64,000 nucleotides of DNA from a virus. Made by a program: the position numbers and the translations under genes. The notes beneath the pieces were generated by a model that was given only the letters and a program-made list of their open reading frames with translations, searched no databases and was not told the DNA's origin. Shown in pieces: positions 46,687 through 56,489 of this stretch; the first letter of the stretch is position 1; each line of letters opens with the position of its first letter. Location of the stretch: IMG/VR virus record IMGVR_UViG_3300034060_000074. The stretch is one strand, 5' to 3'.

Positions 46687-49119
46687 TTATTTATATTTAT
46701 TTAGCCAGCCACCTTTTGGATATTCAGTGACATAATCTCCATCAAATTTATAATTCTTTCCTGGTTTCATCAACTTTTTGTCACCAGTATTACTTACACC
46801 TAGTACATCATAGTTAACACCTTTCATAGTAATATCATTACCTGGAATAGTAGTTGTTTTTCCTGGGTGTGCCCATTGTCCCATTGAGTCTACAATCTGT
46901 CCACCATTCTTCCAGTTTTTAATTGTCTTGTATTTATTAACCATTACATCTGCATCTCCTAAAAGTGAAGGGTTGTTTTCAACAAGTCTTCTAAATTCAG
47001 GTGTATTAAATTCTTCAAATGGTAACTTTTGTCCTTGAAACTTTATATAAGGCATTTGTAAATTTGATCCTGTATATTTATTAAGAGTCTCATACGTTCT
47101 TTCAAGTTTTGGAAATTGCTCAATTGTTTCATCATACCAAGCAAGAGGACTAAATCCTTCAGCACGAGTAATCTTATTTAAAGTACCCATGTACTCATTT
47201 GGCTCAAGTTGTATTCTACCTGGTTGACCACTAGTTAATTTAGCAATACGTGTATTTAACAATGGCTGAGAGTGAACGCTTGTGCTTATTGGTGATATAC
47301 GTGCTTGTTTAGGCAAATGACTAAATACTATATTCATTTGCTTAGAGCTACTATTAGGGTCTCTATTAAAGAAACTTATATCATTTACATCAACATATGG
47401 ATCTCCTGCGTCTTGTGAAGTTTTAACTTCTACATAATTCATAGACTTATCTTTGTCTACTATTTTATATCTTCTGTCTATTGAATTATTTATAGGTGAT
47501 ATATCTATATCTTCATATATATTATGTCCTTCAGGATGTGCTGTTCTAAACTTACCTGCATCACTACCTTCACCAATGCGAAAGTTTTCAGGACTCCATT
47601 GTTTTTCAGTGGGTCCAGTTCTTGCTTCTGGAGGACGTGGCACAGAACCTGGTCCTCCTCTTAGTTGAGATAAAGATCTCATAGGACGTCCCTCACGAAG
47701 ATATTGTGCATCTTGTGCAATAATGTCATCTGAAATACCAGAAGTTCTTAATGCCTCCATTCTTCTATTTAACCTTTCATAAGTTAACGTTGGGTTATTA
47801 GGATGTACTATAGATCTTGGATTAGTAGCGTCAACAGGAAAATTAGTTTCTCTTCTTATATCATTCATTGCTGCTTGCTGTGCTGATTCTGCTTGAGAAT
47901 CAACTCTTCTAGCTGATGGATATTCCATTAATTCAGCATATGATGGACCAGGGTCTACTTGTTGTATTCTCTCAAATCTATCTAACGCAGTCATATCCTC
48001 AGGGGTTCCTGTAGACTGACGACTAACTCTAGGGGCATATCTTTCAGCCTCACGTGCATTCATCATAGCAAGTTCTTCATCTGTAGGAAACTGATAAGGA
48101 GCTCTTGTGCTTTGACTTCCTCGTGACACTGCTTCTGAAAGTCTTTGTTGACGTATGAGATCTAATTGTTGTTGAGATCTTTCTGCAGCAGTTGCTGATT
48201 CAAGACTTCTTGTAGAACTACCTAATCTTGGACCTGCAGTTTGTACATTATAACCAAGACGATCTACTGCTCCTTGAGACCAACGCTGAGCTTTCATAAC
48301 ATCTCCTAATGGATCAACTCCTAACGCACCTAATCCTGCAGTCATAGCTAATGTTGCAGCAGCACCACCAATATCTCTTCTAGCTACAGATTCTCCAAGT
48401 TGATCTGTTAAAGATCCAACTACGTAAGCTGGGTTTACATACTCATCAAACATTTCTCCCACTCCACCAACACTGCTAGGAAATAGTCTAAGTTTATCTG
48501 CTGTATGCCAGCTACCAGGAGTGCTTAGATCCCCCTTTGTATTTTTATTAGCTTGTCTTTCAGCTACTATCTTCTTATCACGTTCTTCTGTCTTTTTCTG
48601 GTTTTCTTTGTTTATCCTAGCATTTTCTTCTTGTTCTTTCTTTGTAAGAGGTCTTACAGCAGGAGCCACTCGTGTAGCATCTGAACGCATCTTCTCTGGC
48701 TCAAAGTTTATTAACAAACCATCTTGTGCAGAAGCTTTTGTCTTCTTAGCATATTTACCATTACTAGGAGCAGGACTTTGTGTACGTGCGTATGTGAATC
48801 CTACAGCACCTGGTAAAGCACCACCCATTGCAAACTGTCCTCCCCATGCAGGAGAATAGTTTCTACCTGTTATATCATAACCAAGACCTACAAAGTCAGG
48901 ACCTACAGATGCTTGGACATCATTAGGATTGGGTTTCTTACCATAGTTGTCATCAGGCTGTTGGTCTAAAACCATTCCTCCTTGCTCATACTTATTTAAC
49001 CATCCTCCATTTTTCATGGTGTTATCCTTTCCACATATGTGACACACATTCATATCTTTTCCACTAGAGCTTGCTTTACTCCAGGAATGTCCACATGTGC
49101 ATTTAATATTATTATTCAT
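46687..49119 (-). CDS. Putative virion cargo protein (810 aa) with N-terminal CxC...CxxC, GGWLNKY terminal repeats and an unassigned central region
   Basis: KCTCGH...CHICG; MKNGGWLNKY at the N-terminus and KGGWLNKYK at the C-terminus. Confidence 0.55.
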   Translation of the reverse strand: MNNNIKCTCGHSWSKASSSGKDMNVCHICGKDNTMKNGGWLNKYEQGGMVLDQQPDDNYGKKPNPNDVQASVGPDFVGLGYDITGRNYSPAWGGQFAMGGALPGAVGFTYARTQSPAPSNGKYAKKTKASAQDGLLINFEPEKMRSDATRVAPAVRPLTKKEQEENARINKENQKKTEERDKKIVAERQANKNTKGDLSTPGSWHTADKLRLFPSSVGGVGEMFDEYVNPAYVVGSLTDQLGESVARRDIGGAAATLAMTAGLGALGVDPLGDVMKAQRWSQGAVDRLGYNVQTAGPRLGSSTRSLESATAAERSQQQLDLIRQQRLSEAVSRGSQSTRAPYQFPTDEELAMMNAREAERYAPRVSRQSTGTPEDMTALDRFERIQQVDPGPSYAELMEYPSARRVDSQAESAQQAAMNDIRRETNFPVDATNPRSIVHPNNPTLTYERLNRRMEALRTSGISDDIIAQDAQYLREGRPMRSLSQLRGGPGSVPRPPEARTGPTEKQWSPENFRIGEGSDAGKFRTAHPEGHNIYEDIDISPINNSIDRRYKIVDKDKSMNYVEVKTSQDAGDPYVDVNDISFFNRDPNSSSKQMNIVFSHLPKQARISPISTSVHSQPLLNTRIAKLTSGQPGRIQLEPNEYMGTLNKITRAEGFSPLAWYDETIEQFPKLERTYETLNKYTGSNLQMPYIKFQGQKLPFEEFNTPEFRRLVENNPSLLGDADVMVNKYKTIKNWKNGGQIVDSMGQWAHPGKTTTIPGNDITMKGVNYDVLGVSNTGDKKLMKPGKNYKFDGDYVTEYPKGGWLNKYK

Positions 49120-49988
49120 TATTTATAAGAGATTTGAGCAGGTGCAACAATGAATTGAGAAACTATATGAGCTTCAGAGCTGTTATCAAGTATATGTCTC
49201 ACTTTGAGATCTTTAGCTCTCAATGGTTCTTTTTTAAATGATCTTTTTCCATAATCCATATTTGTTTGATTTACAAGCTTATCAACTGATAATGATTCAC
49301 AACTTGTAATAAACAAAGGTATGGATTTGTTTTTAACAAGACTCCAAAATGTATTGTATTGATAGAAGTTATCACTCTTTGTATACATAATGGTTTTACT
49401 ATTAGTATTGTATATAGGGTATGTTAAATATGCACTTAGGTTGTTAATAGGCTTTGGTACCAATTCTAATACACCTGTGGACTGTTGCCCATTGTATAAA
49501 ACAGCTTTGTTAAACCATTGATTATCAACTTGTATCTGAGCATTGTCATTAAATACACCATCTACAAGAGGTAGATAGTTATACACTTTACTGTAGTCTT
49601 TTATGTTTTGAAGAATCTCATCATAGCTTTGGTAGCTAAAAGGATATTCAATTATGTATGGTTCTATATTACCATAGAACTTATTATAATTTAATGTGTC
49701 TGTTAAGTGTCTCCAAATAGAGCCTGTGTTACATGTTGTATATGTCAAAGCTGCAAGTTCTTCTATAGTAGCAGTACCAATTAAAACTTCTATAAAGATA
49801 CCATTGCATTTGCCTGCAGATGTTATAATAACACTATCAATAGCATCATCAACGCTAACAGTATAACCATCAATTAAGTTTTGCTTGGTTATATTAGTGC
49901 CTAGAACATTACCTTCATTATCAGTGATATTGAAGGGTCCAGTTCTACCACCTGAGCACGTTAATCTTATTATTACTATTTTAGACAT
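49119..49988 (-). CDS. Probable C-terminal part of the muzzle/tail-stabilisation protein, with an added N-terminal small beta domain
   Basis: IWRHL...YNKFYG...PYIIEYP continues the WVSFHTYLPNFY block of the upstream gene; first ~70 aa resemble the N-domain of ORF 58668-59216. Confidence 0.55.
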   Translation of the reverse strand: MSKIVIIRLTCSGGRTGPFNITDNEGNVLGTNITKQNLIDGYTVSVDDAIDSVIITSAGKCNGIFIEVLIGTATIEELAALTYTTCNTGSIWRHLTDTLNYNKFYGNIEPYIIEYPFSYQSYDEILQNIKDYSKVYNYLPLVDGVFNDNAQIQVDNQWFNKAVLYNGQQSTGVLELVPKPINNLSAYLTYPIYNTNSKTIMYTKSDNFYQYNTFWSLVKNKSIPLFITSCESLSVDKLVNQTNMDYGKRSFKKEPLRAKDLKVRHILDNSSEAHIVSQFIVAPAQISYK

Positions 49989-49999
49989 ATATTAATCAA

Positions 50000-52900
50000 T
50001 TACGATGTTGCTGCAGCTGTACCAGCTAAATTACATTGTGGTGCTGCAGTAGTTGTTGTTGTAGTTGTACTTGTGCTTGTGCTAGTAGTAGTAGTGGTTG
50101 TAGGGGTACAAGATTCTATACTTAATATTACACCAGATGGATCAATTGTATATGGATTACCATTAATACTAGTATAGTATGTACCTGGAGGATCTCCAAA
50201 TGTAAACTCTGTAGTTAAACATTGATCATTATATAATTGTGTTCCCACAGTAATAGGTAACGAAGTTACATATAGTGGAGCAAAAAAAGTACCCTCACAA
50301 GTACCAAAAGGACCAAAAAGAGTTAAACTAATACCATTACATTCAACTTCAATACCAACGCAACCAACATTAACTGCTGTTCCTTCTAATATACATAGGT
50401 TTACTGCTGTTCCTTCTAATGCACATATATCTACTGCTGTACCAGACAAGTTACAATAGTATATTACTGTTGTTGTAGTGGTAGTGGTAGGAGAAGGAAT
50501 CTCTGTAACAGCTATTGCTGAGATATCACAACTTTCATTTAATCCAGAATAGAAGAAATTGTTTTCTCCTATGTAGAAGTTAGGCAGGTATGTATGGAAA
50601 CTCACCCAGCTTTTAGTATTGAAGTTAAATGAAGCAGTCCATGATTTATTACAGAAGTATTCTAAGTCTGTTACAGCTACAAATCTTTTTACTGATGTAT
50701 TACCAGCAGTTGGTTGATTTACATAAAACTCTTTAGCCACCTCATCATAGAATATTTCCTTACCTGGTTGAGGGATATAGTCTAACTTAGTAATAATTAC
50801 TCTATCAAACTTACTATCAAACACACCATGTAAACCAATATTCTTGAAGTTGTTATCTATATCAACATTTGGGAAGTATCTTAATATTTCAAATGATAAA
50901 TGGTCTGTAAAGAATCTGTTTAGACCAGAACCAAAGCCTGATATATCTGTTGCTTGGGTACCAGTGATTAAGAATATTTGTCCTCTCTTAGCATCTACAG
51001 TTACTTGACCTTGTGGTATTCTAAGCAACATTTTGTTTTGACATCCTACATAACCAAGATCTGTTTCAGCAAAGTCAATAGGGGGTGCATTACCAAATAA
51101 CTCACCACCTCCTAAATATGCAGATTGAGGATTGCTTGTATCTATTGTTAACAAGTTATTGTATAACAATGTCTTATTCTCAAATCTAGCTAATGTTGCT
51201 CTGTTCTGTATACCATCTAATGATACTAAGTTACCATAGTTTTGAGGGAAGTCAAAGAAGCTTGCTGGACGATATATCAACCAGCTATTTATTCTATTAT
51301 CAGAATAGCTTTCTTGTCTGTCAGAGTATATTGCTCTAAATGGAAAATATGTGTAACATAATTGTTGCACCCAATCTGTAGGCAAATGAGAGAAGAAGTT
51401 CTCTACGTTTTGCTTAGTAAATGTTGTATTGTAGTAGTACGTATTGTCAAATGCAATAGGTACTCTGTTCTCTTGGAACCATTGGTCAGGAATACCTGAA
51501 CTCACGTGTGGATAGTAATCACCTTCTAAGTTATTAAATGCTTGACGTAAGTCTACATTAATAGAAGACTCTACATAATAATAAGGAACTCCATAAGCAA
51601 ATAGATACATCTTACCATCATAAACATAATTAAATGTTCCTGGTGCAGTGGTACCAATAGGAGGAGTTGTAGATGTAGTGGTTGTACTAGTTGATGTATT
51701 ATCTACAATGTCATCATTAGGACAGTCAAGGTAATGAGCTTTCACTGATATGATGTTCTTCATTAATGTAGATCCTACATAATAGTCATACAATACAGAT
51801 CTTGCTGAGTACCAGTATTCTGGATAGGCTATATTACCTATCTCATCATAATAGATATCACTATCATCAGGAGCCTTAACTCTATTATCAATAAAGAATG
51901 GAAGCTTAGTTTTGAAACCAAACTTACTAATAAATGTGTCACCACCAAATACCACCTCAACACCACTTGCTGGTAGAGAATTAAATATTCTTTGGAATCC
52001 TGTATCAATTGTTTGATAGGAATATATCTGTCCCCACTGTCCATTGTTGATTGTCTTGATTGAACCATAATATGAAACAACCTTTATATCTTGTTGAAAT
52101 TCAGGGGTTCCACAGTTCCCTGATTCTCCAAGTGTAAATCTAGAATTATCAGAGATTTGACTCACACCTGCTACAACAAGGTTTGGTGTTTTATTAGGAT
52201 ATGGTAAAGCTGGTACAGATCCCACTCCAGTTCTTGTTTCAATACTTTTGGTATATACTGATGATTCTCTGTTCCAGTTATTAAGATCATAATCATCTCC
52301 CACAGATTGAACACCTGGGAATACATATTGAGATCTATCAAGTTGTCTTTGTTTAATACCTAGCGTACCAGTTAGAGGATTAGTAGCAGAATTCTGTATA
52401 GCTTCACTATAGTCATAGCTAGATATAGAATTAAAAGAATATGCAAAGTTTCTTCTACTAACTCCATTCACATATATCTGTAAGTAAGATTGATATGCTG
52501 TGAACATGGCAGTGGCATTGAACCCACCTAGATCAGCAATTGCTCTACTAGAATTCAAGGCATCTATCTGTGCTTGTTTAGTAAGAAGCTTGTACATTGC
52601 GTGCTCCTTCACTTGTACAAAGTGAGCTCTACCAGCTCCAAATAACACACTCTCCAACTTAAGAACATTACCTAATGTAGGTTGTCCAAAAGAAGTTTCT
52701 GGTGAATTAAATACTTGTCTGTATGGTGACTCATTATTATTAAATCCATCTAACTGAGCAGGATAACATTCAGTATTTTTATTGTTATTATTAGCAACTA
52801 TTGTGTATCCTGTGCAACCACTAACACGTACAGGAACAGTAGAAGAATTTACTGTAATTGACGTACCTTTTTGTACAGTGATATTTGTCAAAGATTGAGT

Positions 52901-55093
52901 GATAGGGTCTGTATAGCTAAATGCAGGTGGACCACCAGCACAAGCAAGTGGAACAGTAATTGTGTAAGCTGTAGCTGTAACATTTGTAAATGTAGCAGCT
53001 CCACTATTTACAACAGGAAGTGTAATAGAACATATCTGAGTTGTTGCTGTTGTAAAAGCAAAAATTGCTGTCTGTCCAGTGTTGCAATCTGTATATTGTA
53101 AATTACCATTAATAGTTGCTGTCACTTTGAATGTATCACATTGAGAATTGTATGCGTTGCTTTTCTCAAGTAAGAAAGGATCTTCGTTAAGATCATTATA
53201 AGGATAGTTTGGATAGTAGTAAGGAGTTCCTTCTCTATCATATTTACCCACGTTTCTAAGGATGCCCTTAGCAATAATAGATTTATTTGTACTTCTATTA
53301 CCTCTCACTATCTTAAATCCAACAATAGAGGCTTTCTCTGCAGCTGTTAAACTAGATGCTTGGATGAGAAATATTACTTGTTGTACATCTATCTTTACAC
53401 CAATTGGATATACAGCACTAGCTGATTGCATTGTTGGTTGTATCTGTCCACCAGAATATATAATAGGAGCACTCTCAAAGTGAGGACTTACAAGTACATC
53501 AGGAAATTTATGATGTCTAATTGGTTCATTAGCAAGGTCTCCCCATACATCCACATTACATGGATACAGATCTGTAGATTCCCAATATGCAAAGTCTCCA
53601 GATTGATATGGGTATGCATCTCCTATCTTTTCAGCATCTGTTGTAGGAACAGGATATGTAGCTGTTACACTAGCTGTATTATATATTTTCCAATAAGGAG
53701 CACTAGTTCCTTCTCCAATAAAGTCATTGTTAGTATTTGGTACAACAATTAAATCATTAGATGTTGATGCTCTACCAGGAATATGGAAACCATCTGTTTG
53801 TTTACCATTGTCTAATAAAAAGACTATCTCAAATGCATATACCTCATCTCTTAAATAACCTCTAAGATTGGCAGTGTAGAAGCCATCAGCATACGTATTG
53901 TTAGCTGGTAGCTTATATGTCTCCCATTGAAGTTGAATTTGATTAGCAATACCTTGATAGTTAATTCTATCAATAGATGTGAGGTTATCCCATACAATAA
54001 CATCCTGTACGTTTGTAACATCTTGAGCAATATCATAATAAGCAAACTTCTCAAGTATGTCATTAAGACTCAAAGGAATTTGAGTTATGTTCTGACCTGT
54101 ATAAGTGATTGTTCTAGACTTATCTTGTATATTGTAAGTTCCTACAAGTTCTACAGTTGTGCCATTATTTATTGTTTTAATGACAGCCAAGTTAAAGTAT
54201 TGGAAGTATCCTGTAATATCTATGTCACTGATACTCAACACAATAGAGTTTCCTACAGAGTATTGAAAGTCAGGTGTTGTTATCTCTGTGTTTGCAATAG
54301 ATACAGGATTAGTAATTGAGTAGTATGATGTATATGCATCTCCTGATGCATTACAATATTGAATAGCAAATTGATAAGCTCCTGCTTTTAAATCTCCACC
54401 TACAACAATATCAGTAACATCTAAGTTAGGAATTGTGAAGTTAGGTTGCACCTTTAACTTATTACAGTCTAACGTTGCTTCAATATCTGGATCACAATTT
54501 TGATCACCTGTAAATATGGTGATATATGGAATTGAATCAATATTAATATATCTTCTTGGATTAAGACCATCTGTCCAATAGACCTCAGTGGTACAGTTGG
54601 TAATCTTATGTACAGCTTTATGAATAGGATAGTTGATGTCAAAGTTCAAACATGGAGAATTTGCACAAACTGTTAATTCTGTATCAGGGATTGGAGTACA
54701 TAATAAATGATATACACAGTCATTGTTATTCATATACCCTATCTCACTTCCTCCTGTTTCAGGATTAGCTAAGAAGAAGATGTGTTTATTTTTCTCTTGA
54801 ATGAAGTGTGTACCAATAAGTTGGTAGCCTTCAGGAAAATCTAAACAAGCTTCATTTGAAGGTTCATTCTGATAGTTTACAGAATTAGAGTCAAAGTTCT
54901 CTAATGCTGCGTTTAGGGCATAAGAAAGTTTCCCCTTCTGTATTTGATTTACAGAAGAGTCCATGTCTAGTCCCACTCTACCAAGATTAAATTCTTGTCT
55001 TACACTAGAGGTGCCTTGATTATCTGTTCCATCCATGTCCATATCTTGAGCTTCTGTTTGGTAATTCATATTGTGCAAAACGTTGTAAGTCAT
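50000..55093 (-). CDS. Muzzle/tail-stabilisation-like protein, N-terminal major part (true start probably 55042 or 55036)
   Basis: Beta-propeller-like N-terminus, YLRDEVYAFEIVF...GFHIPGR, FGGDTFISKF, WVSFHTYLP; position after ring/tube genes as in crAss-like phages; three Thr-rich inserts. Confidence 0.7.
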   Translation of the reverse strand: MTYNVLHNMNYQTEAQDMDMDGTDNQGTSSVRQEFNLGRVGLDMDSSVNQIQKGKLSYALNAALENFDSNSVNYQNEPSNEACLDFPEGYQLIGTHFIQEKNKHIFFLANPETGGSEIGYMNNNDCVYHLLCTPIPDTELTVCANSPCLNFDINYPIHKAVHKITNCTTEVYWTDGLNPRRYINIDSIPYITIFTGDQNCDPDIEATLDCNKLKVQPNFTIPNLDVTDIVVGGDLKAGAYQFAIQYCNASGDAYTSYYSITNPVSIANTEITTPDFQYSVGNSIVLSISDIDITGYFQYFNLAVIKTINNGTTVELVGTYNIQDKSRTITYTGQNITQIPLSLNDILEKFAYYDIAQDVTNVQDVIVWDNLTSIDRINYQGIANQIQLQWETYKLPANNTYADGFYTANLRGYLRDEVYAFEIVFLLDNGKQTDGFHIPGRASTSNDLIVVPNTNNDFIGEGTSAPYWKIYNTASVTATYPVPTTDAEKIGDAYPYQSGDFAYWESTDLYPCNVDVWGDLANEPIRHHKFPDVLVSPHFESAPIIYSGGQIQPTMQSASAVYPIGVKIDVQQVIFLIQASSLTAAEKASIVGFKIVRGNRSTNKSIIAKGILRNVGKYDREGTPYYYPNYPYNDLNEDPFLLEKSNAYNSQCDTFKVTATINGNLQYTDCNTGQTAIFAFTTATTQICSITLPVVNSGAATFTNVTATAYTITVPLACAGGPPAFSYTDPITQSLTNITVQKGTSITVNSSTVPVRVSGCTGYTIVANNNNKNTECYPAQLDGFNNNESPYRQVFNSPETSFGQPTLGNVLKLESVLFGAGRAHFVQVKEHAMYKLLTKQAQIDALNSSRAIADLGGFNATAMFTAYQSYLQIYVNGVSRRNFAYSFNSISSYDYSEAIQNSATNPLTGTLGIKQRQLDRSQYVFPGVQSVGDDYDLNNWNRESSVYTKSIETRTGVGSVPALPYPNKTPNLVVAGVSQISDNSRFTLGESGNCGTPEFQQDIKVVSYYGSIKTINNGQWGQIYSYQTIDTGFQRIFNSLPASGVEVVFGGDTFISKFGFKTKLPFFIDNRVKAPDDSDIYYDEIGNIAYPEYWYSARSVLYDYYVGSTLMKNIISVKAHYLDCPNDDIVDNTSTSTTTTSTTPPIGTTAPGTFNYVYDGKMYLFAYGVPYYYVESSINVDLRQAFNNLEGDYYPHVSSGIPDQWFQENRVPIAFDNTYYYNTTFTKQNVENFFSHLPTDWVQQLCYTYFPFRAIYSDRQESYSDNRINSWLIYRPASFFDFPQNYGNLVSLDGIQNRATLARFENKTLLYNNLLTIDTSNPQSAYLGGGELFGNAPPIDFAETDLGYVGCQNKMLLRIPQGQVTVDAKRGQIFLITGTQATDISGFGSGLNRFFTDHLSFEILRYFPNVDIDNNFKNIGLHGVFDSKFDRVIITKLDYIPQPGKEIFYDEVAKEFYVNQPTAGNTSVKRFVAVTDLEYFCNKSWTASFNFNTKSWVSFHTYLPNFYIGENNFFYSGLNESCDISAIAVTEIPSPTTTTTTTVIYYCNLSGTAVDICALEGTAVNLCILEGTAVNVGCVGIEVECNGISLTLFGPFGTCEGTFFAPLYVTSLPITVGTQLYNDQCLTTEFTFGDPPGTYYTSINGNPYTIDPSGVILSIESCTPTTTTTTSTSTSTTTTTTTAAPQCNLAGTAAATS
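50371..50458 (-). repeat. 30-bp tandem repeat x3 encoding CxLxGTAV units
   Basis: TTACTGCTGTTCCTTCTAAT occurs twice exactly plus one variant; peptide CNLSGTAVDI-CALEGTAVNL-CILEGTAVNV. Confidence 0.8.
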
Positions 55094-56006
55094 TTCTTAC
55101 ACGTCTTTGCTTAGTCCATGCATCCTGTTTCTTAATCTCAATCATTGCCATTATAAAAGCCTCATCATGTAATGCTTTATAGTAAATTAACTTCTGTTGT
55201 ATTTGTTGGAATGTTTCATCAGTTAGCTGATTAGACAATGTTTCAAACACTTTATATTTAAGGAATGCCTCAACAAACTCTCTAATACGATAGTTGTCTG
55301 GAATCATTTGATTACCAACACAATCATACTCTGTAGCATAGAATATTAAATGCACCACTCCATTTCTGAAGTTGGTAACAAACTTATTATCTCTAATATC
55401 AAAGCTATCATAACCAGCAGATCCTGGAGTAAATTCTCTAATAGGAGGAGCAGTTTGATAAAACTCCCAAGCATTTGTATAAGTTACATCACAGTTTTGT
55501 CTTGCAGAAATGTTACCTGGTTTTAATAAGTATTCATGTGTGAAAGCTCTTGTTCCTTGTTGATTAGTTTTATATACAGCAGGAATGATTACAGGTAGAC
55601 AACTACCATCACATTGAGGATTGATACAACCATGATCATGTTGACAATCTACACAAGGAGTACCACCCACTGTTACAGGAGTTACCTGTATTGTGGTTTG
55701 TGAAACTGCTTGAGAGTAGAATGAATTGGCTGTTTGATATGGATAGCCAGCTGTTGATGTACACATCCAAGCTTCTCTTACAGCGTAAAAGTTATCTGGG
55801 AGTCTAGCTTCAAAGTCTTCTACATATAACACCTCTTCACTAATAACATAAGTTGCCCTACCTAACTTCTTAAGACATTTGTCTAAGTAGGTGGGAAACA
55901 ATAAATCATCCACTGCTCCTGTGTCAAAATAAGACTTTAACTCTTCCTTAACAGTTGAATAAACTGGATCAGGAGAGACAAAGTTATACTTGTAATAATA
56001 TGACAT
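55020..56006 (-). CDS. Putative tail tubular/ring protein
   Basis: Conserved crAss-like position between the IHF-like gene and the muzzle; FVTNFRNGVVHLIFYA...IPDNYRIREFVEAFLKYK. Confidence 0.55.
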   Translation of the reverse strand: MSYYYKYNFVSPDPVYSTVKEELKSYFDTGAVDDLLFPTYLDKCLKKLGRATYVISEEVLYVEDFEARLPDNFYAVREAWMCTSTAGYPYQTANSFYSQAVSQTTIQVTPVTVGGTPCVDCQHDHGCINPQCDGSCLPVIIPAVYKTNQQGTRAFTHEYLLKPGNISARQNCDVTYTNAWEFYQTAPPIREFTPGSAGYDSFDIRDNKFVTNFRNGVVHLIFYATEYDCVGNQMIPDNYRIREFVEAFLKYKVFETLSNQLTDETFQQIQQKLIYYKALHDEAFIMAMIEIKKQDAWTKQRRVRNDLQRFAQYELPNRSSRYGHGWNR

Positions 56007-56012
56007 GTTATT

Positions 56013-56489
56013 TTATTTTTTCCACTCACAGTAAATGTTTTGGTATTTACTGTCAGTTTTTATGTAATGGGATAGTAATCTAGATGTTGTACGAGAGGGC
56101 TTGAAATACCAGAGGTCTATGTTTCTTATTCTTGTAGATTCTTTGAACCACATCCAACCAAAGAAAAACCCTTCTGTATGATAGTTGAAATTGTATATGC
56201 GTTTACCTTTCTCCTTAGTCTTTTTCCAATCTATAGGTAAGTTAACTACTTCTTTACCATCAACAGTTTTTAGTTTTCTCCTTTTCTTTTTGTTGATGGA
56301 AAACTCTCCAAAGCCAAAAGGAAGTCTTGCTTTCTCTCCTGTTTCTAGAATGTAGTTTTTAAAATACTCATTGTATGAGTATATGATATTCTTCCACTGA
56401 TCAAATGTAATTTTTAAAGTGGGATTCTTATTGCAAAAATTATTGTAGTTTTCTTTACTAGAACTTCTCCAATCTATCTTTGTACGCAT
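56013..56489 (-). CDS. IHF/HU-like DNA-binding protein
   Basis: GEKARLPFGFGEFSINKKKRR matches the HU/IHF GxxVxLxGFGxF motif; crAss-like structural modules carry such a gene. Confidence 0.7.
   Translation of the reverse strand: MRTKIDWRSSSKENYNNFCNKNPTLKITFDQWKNIIYSYNEYFKNYILETGEKARLPFGFGEFSINKKKRRKLKTVDGKEVVNLPIDWKKTKEKGKRIYNFNYHTEGFFFGWMWFKESTRIRNIDLWYFKPSRTTSRLLSHYIKTDSKYQNIYCEWKK

Noticed and set aside
49989-50002. Stop-codon readthrough or alternative genetic code joining the two muzzle ORFs
   Set aside because: The stop is TAA and the next ATG is out of frame. Giant ORFs are intact in the standard code and TAG serves as a stop at 4470, so there is no sign of recoding. A programmed frameshift cannot be fully excluded.
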